Shown in pieces: positions 60,901 to 64,000 of a stretch of 64,000 nucleotides of DNA. The translations under genes and the position numbers were made by a program. The notes below the pieces were generated by a model. The model was not told the DNA's origin, did no database searches, and saw only the letters and a list, made by a program, of their open reading frames with translations. Positions within the stretch are counted from its first letter, which is position 1, and the number at the start of each line of letters is the position of its first letter. This stretch comes from Cenococcum geophilum. Taxonomy: Eukaryota. The DNA is taken from contig CP158636.1 in assembly GCA_050273025.1 (NCBI GenBank), forward strand, positions 1,798,001 to 1,862,000, in the 5' to 3' direction.

Positions 60901-63067
60901 AACTCTATCCTAAGCTTATTTATATATTTTTAAACTAAGCTATTGCTCTACTTTATTAGTTTCTGTCTATTATAGGTCCTTAAACTTACCTTATCTCGTC
61001 TTAAGAATCTTAGTTATCTTTTATCTTATCTTAAAAATCTTAAGCCTTTAGCTTTTTGCCTTTATTAAGTAATAAATTAGCACTAGTAGTTGTCTACTTG
61101 CTTAGTCTCTATAAGATACTCTTCCTTTCATCTTATAAAGCAATAGATGCCGTATCTAATAGTATTATAATACCCGTTACTAAACCTTACTTTATAACGG
61201 TCTTAGTTTTTACTTCTAATATAACTTCTTTAAGGTTTGCACACTTTTAGTAAGCTGCCTTTATTGCCTTATTATTTGTAAATATTTCGCCTATATTAAA
61301 CTCATCGTCTTTAATATCCGATCTGTGTAATAGTTTATTAGTTCCCCTATATTTTAAGGATTTTAGCTCTTATAGCTAATAGCTTACACTATACTTAGCG
61401 TCTTTATAAATTTAGCATGCGTTATTATAACAAAACATAAAACTTTTAATTAAATATTCCTTTGTTCCTTATAGTATACTATTATCCCTCTATATATATA
61501 TCTCTTTTACTAGTCTAGTTCCCTTTATTATATAGTAACTTTAACCATCTTTATAATCCCTTATAAAGTAACCTTACTTTTTATAATTTATATAAGCTCT
61601 ATTTTTAAACCACTAACTTTACTATAAAGTCCGCCTAAACGTCTTCTGCTACTAAGATCTCTAATTTAGCCTTTGCTTCTTAGTTCTATAATTACTAGAT
61701 CCTTAACCTCTAGGTTTCTATAGTTTCTTACTCTATCTTTTATAGGCCTTTTTGGTACTACTTAGGTCTATTAGCTCTGCGCTATACTATAGTTTCTAAT
61801 TTAGCTTTAATTGTTACGTACTTTACGCCTTATATAACTATAGAACTCTATCCTAACCTCTCTTAGCCTATTCCCTTTAGTAAATCTAATTGTTAATCTT
61901 AATTGCTTAATCTATTAATTACTATAGGGTATCCGCATCTTCTATTAGGATAATCGCGTCCTAGACTTTAGCTTTAAGTCCCTATTTATACTATACTATA
62001 AGCGTCTTGTTATTCTACTTAACTTATATAGCTAGCGTCTAGAACTGCGTTATATACTTAATTACTAAGGTTCGCTACGTAATATATTAGAGTTTTCTTT
62101 TTACTACAATTACCGCCTCTAGGTCTCTAAATATTTGTATAAGTCACTCTATAAACCCTTCCTAGCTTAAAAATATAAATTGTACCTTTTAATTAGTAGT
62201 TATTATTCCGTTTACCTATATTTCTATAAGGTAAGGCTTAAACCACTTAAGTGCCCTTCCTAATAGGAATAGTCCCGCATATGCTATTTAATCCATAGAT
62301 ATTAGTAGCTTTACCCCTTCTTATATAACTTTAAAGTACATTTATATAAGGAATCCTTTAAGCTTTAGTCTCTTTTCTAAGAACCTCTTAATTAATAGTA
62401 ACTTAATCCTTACTACTTTAATCCTATTAACCCTTTCTTCTAGCGCCGCATTGTTTATTATTAACTAGTTAACTATCTCTTATAATTATTTAACCGTTAT
62501 AGGTTGCTATAAGTTAGTATCTGTTATACTAGTATTACCTTTTAACCTTAAAGTAGTTGCCGCCGTTAATGGCGTTATAGTGGCTGCTTTTAGTAGTATA
62601 TTATTTAACTTTCTATATTTAATACCGTAACTAGGTAGTAATTATATAATAGAACCTTATAGTAAGTACTACGGTAGGCTTATTATTGGGCTAAGTATAT
62701 AGGTAATGCAAATTAAAGTTAATAACGTAATAATAACTAATAGAGTAGTTGCCTAATAGATTAACTCTAATTATATTTTAAGAATTATTATAAGGAAGGA
62801 ACTATCTAGGTAGGGACTAAGGGTCCTTAAATATACAACCGTACTCCTATAAAATCCTCCTTATATATAATATATGTGTTATACGTATTATACGTACGTT
62901 CCCCTTATATACTGCGTACACTACGTACAACGTTATGTAACCTTAGTTACCATTCCTCGTTACATAGCTCTATCGGCTCCATTCTGGACCGTGCTTGTAT
63001 TAACCAACTAGCTTCTTCTAACTTCTCTCCAAGTAGTCGTAATATTGTACTTAAAGCGTCTGTAATA
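48926..63067 (-). mobile_element. Gypsy chromovirus F, heavily RIPed; 423-bp LTRs 48926-49348 and 62645-63067; flanks do not form a TSD; hosts Copia C2
   Basis: Paired LTRs. PPT GAGAAGGGAGATGG abuts the left (3') LTR. Chromodomain ~50130-50250, integrase split by C2, RT relic ~58700, protease relic ~59660, gag ~61700-62600. Confidence 0.88.
50739..57061 (-). mobile_element. Ty1/Copia element C2 (same family as C1); 268-bp LTRs 50739-51006 and 56794-57061; TSD AATAC
   Basis: AATAC at 50734-50738 and 57062-57066. Colinear with C1, except for ~320 bp extra 3' UTR, smaller indels and no D insertion. Confidence 0.93.
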
Positions 63068-64000
63068 ATAAAGACGCATAACTATATAGAAATATTAGCA
63101 TTTTATATTAAATAATTTTGTTTTAACGTTATATAGCTTTTGTTAGTAGTAGGAACCATTTTAAATATAATAATATCCCTTCCTATAGCAGGAAGACTAG
63201 GACTAACTCCTATATATTCGTTTTTATTAAAAAGACCTTTTAAATTTGGGAGTTAATGCACAAATTAATTTACTTAAGCCGGACCAAATAATAAGAATAG
63301 CTCCTTGGCGAATTGTTAAGCGTTCTTCCTTAATTATTTCTTTAATCTGTGTTAGGGTTATTAGGTAGCTACTAAAGGGATTATATTTTATTCTATGTTG
63401 CTCTATATAGTTAGTAGTCCTAATGATATTTATATCTATCGCTTCTTAACGATATATTCATTCATAAGCAATGATAACGAATGGATTTTTTAAGATCCTT
63501 ATGAATATATATAGGAAAGTTAAAGCCTCGTAGTGTAGTAAAAGGATGCTGAGGCGTATACGTAGTATCAATTGTACGCTCTACATTCTGGTATATATGC
63601 AAGAGTAAAAATTTTAATACTTGCCCGCAATAGGGGGGGGGGGTTAAGGGCCTCTAGGAAGCCGTCGACCTTGACAAATAACTACAACACCATGCCAAGA
63701 CTGGTTATGTAGCTTATATTAGCCGTATCGCGAATATCCATTTATATTGCGGTATTTTAGCTCCCTTAATGATAACGATTGATATTTAGTCAAAATATCA
63801 ATTCATTTATCACTGGGACCACTGTATATAGTATACAAAATTTAGTAAAATACTACGCCTAATAATGCCGCCTTGCTTAGATATGCCTATATTTATATAT
63901 TAGACTGCAAGAATAAGACTAGGATAAGAGAAGTTTAAAATTTGAATGCTACGGGTTAAGTTAGTTCCCCGTTTAACAACGTCAGTATACTTTACACCGT
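63068..64000 (-). pseudogene. RIP-mutated cyclase-family (kynurenine-formamidase-like) host gene fragment, interrupted by a hAT MITE and cut by LTR F; continues beyond the window
   Basis: With the MITE removed, the minus strand reads NGVKY..RSIQ|..ISKQGGIIRRSILLNFVYYIEQHRIKYNPFSSY.ITLTQIKE..IRQGAILIIWSG..AIGRDIIIFKMVP. De-RIPed this gives GGIVGRGILLD / GDILIIRSG / AVGGD.IAFE..P. Intron remnants are present. Confidence 0.75.
63412..63824. mobile_element. hAT-type MITE (413 bp), TIR CAGTGGTCCCAGTGATA, 8-bp TSD TATATAGT
   Basis: Left TIR RIPed (tagtagtcctaatgata); right TIR tatcactgggaccactg. TATATAGT at 63404-63411 and 63825-63832. Confidence 0.85.

Overview
Filamentous ascomycete (Pezizomycotina) genomic DNA with two compartments. 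Bases 1 to ~19.9 kb are gene-rich: a DUF3112-type membrane protein, Mediator Med17, ISN1 (three micro-exons), mitochondrial enoyl reductase ETR1, a Pro/Ser-rich orphan, phosphofructokinase, an intronless multi-pass membrane protein and a 2OG-Fe(II) dioxygenase. From ~20 kb to the end is an AT-rich, RIP-mutated transposon nest, resolved by eye from LTR/TIR pairs and target-site duplications (TSDs). It holds a Pogo/Fot1 element, a DUF6589-like transposase relic, four chromovirus-type Gypsy insertions (A1, A2, B, F), a gag-only non-autonomous LTR element (E, 4-bp TSD), two copies of one Copia family (C1, C2), a double-hairpin-ended non-autonomous DNA element (D), a hAT MITE and a RIP-killed cyclase-family host gene. 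The most notable signals are: (1) a CCAAT/hairpin/GCAGAA-repeat non-coding cassette shared across unrelated Gypsy, Copia and gag-only elements; (2) five MCB (ACGCGT) boxes in the Copia U3; (3) Tf1-type self-priming sites in three Gypsy families; (4) evidence of deletion or ectopic recombination within the nest. All family assignments come from motif recognition, with no database searches.
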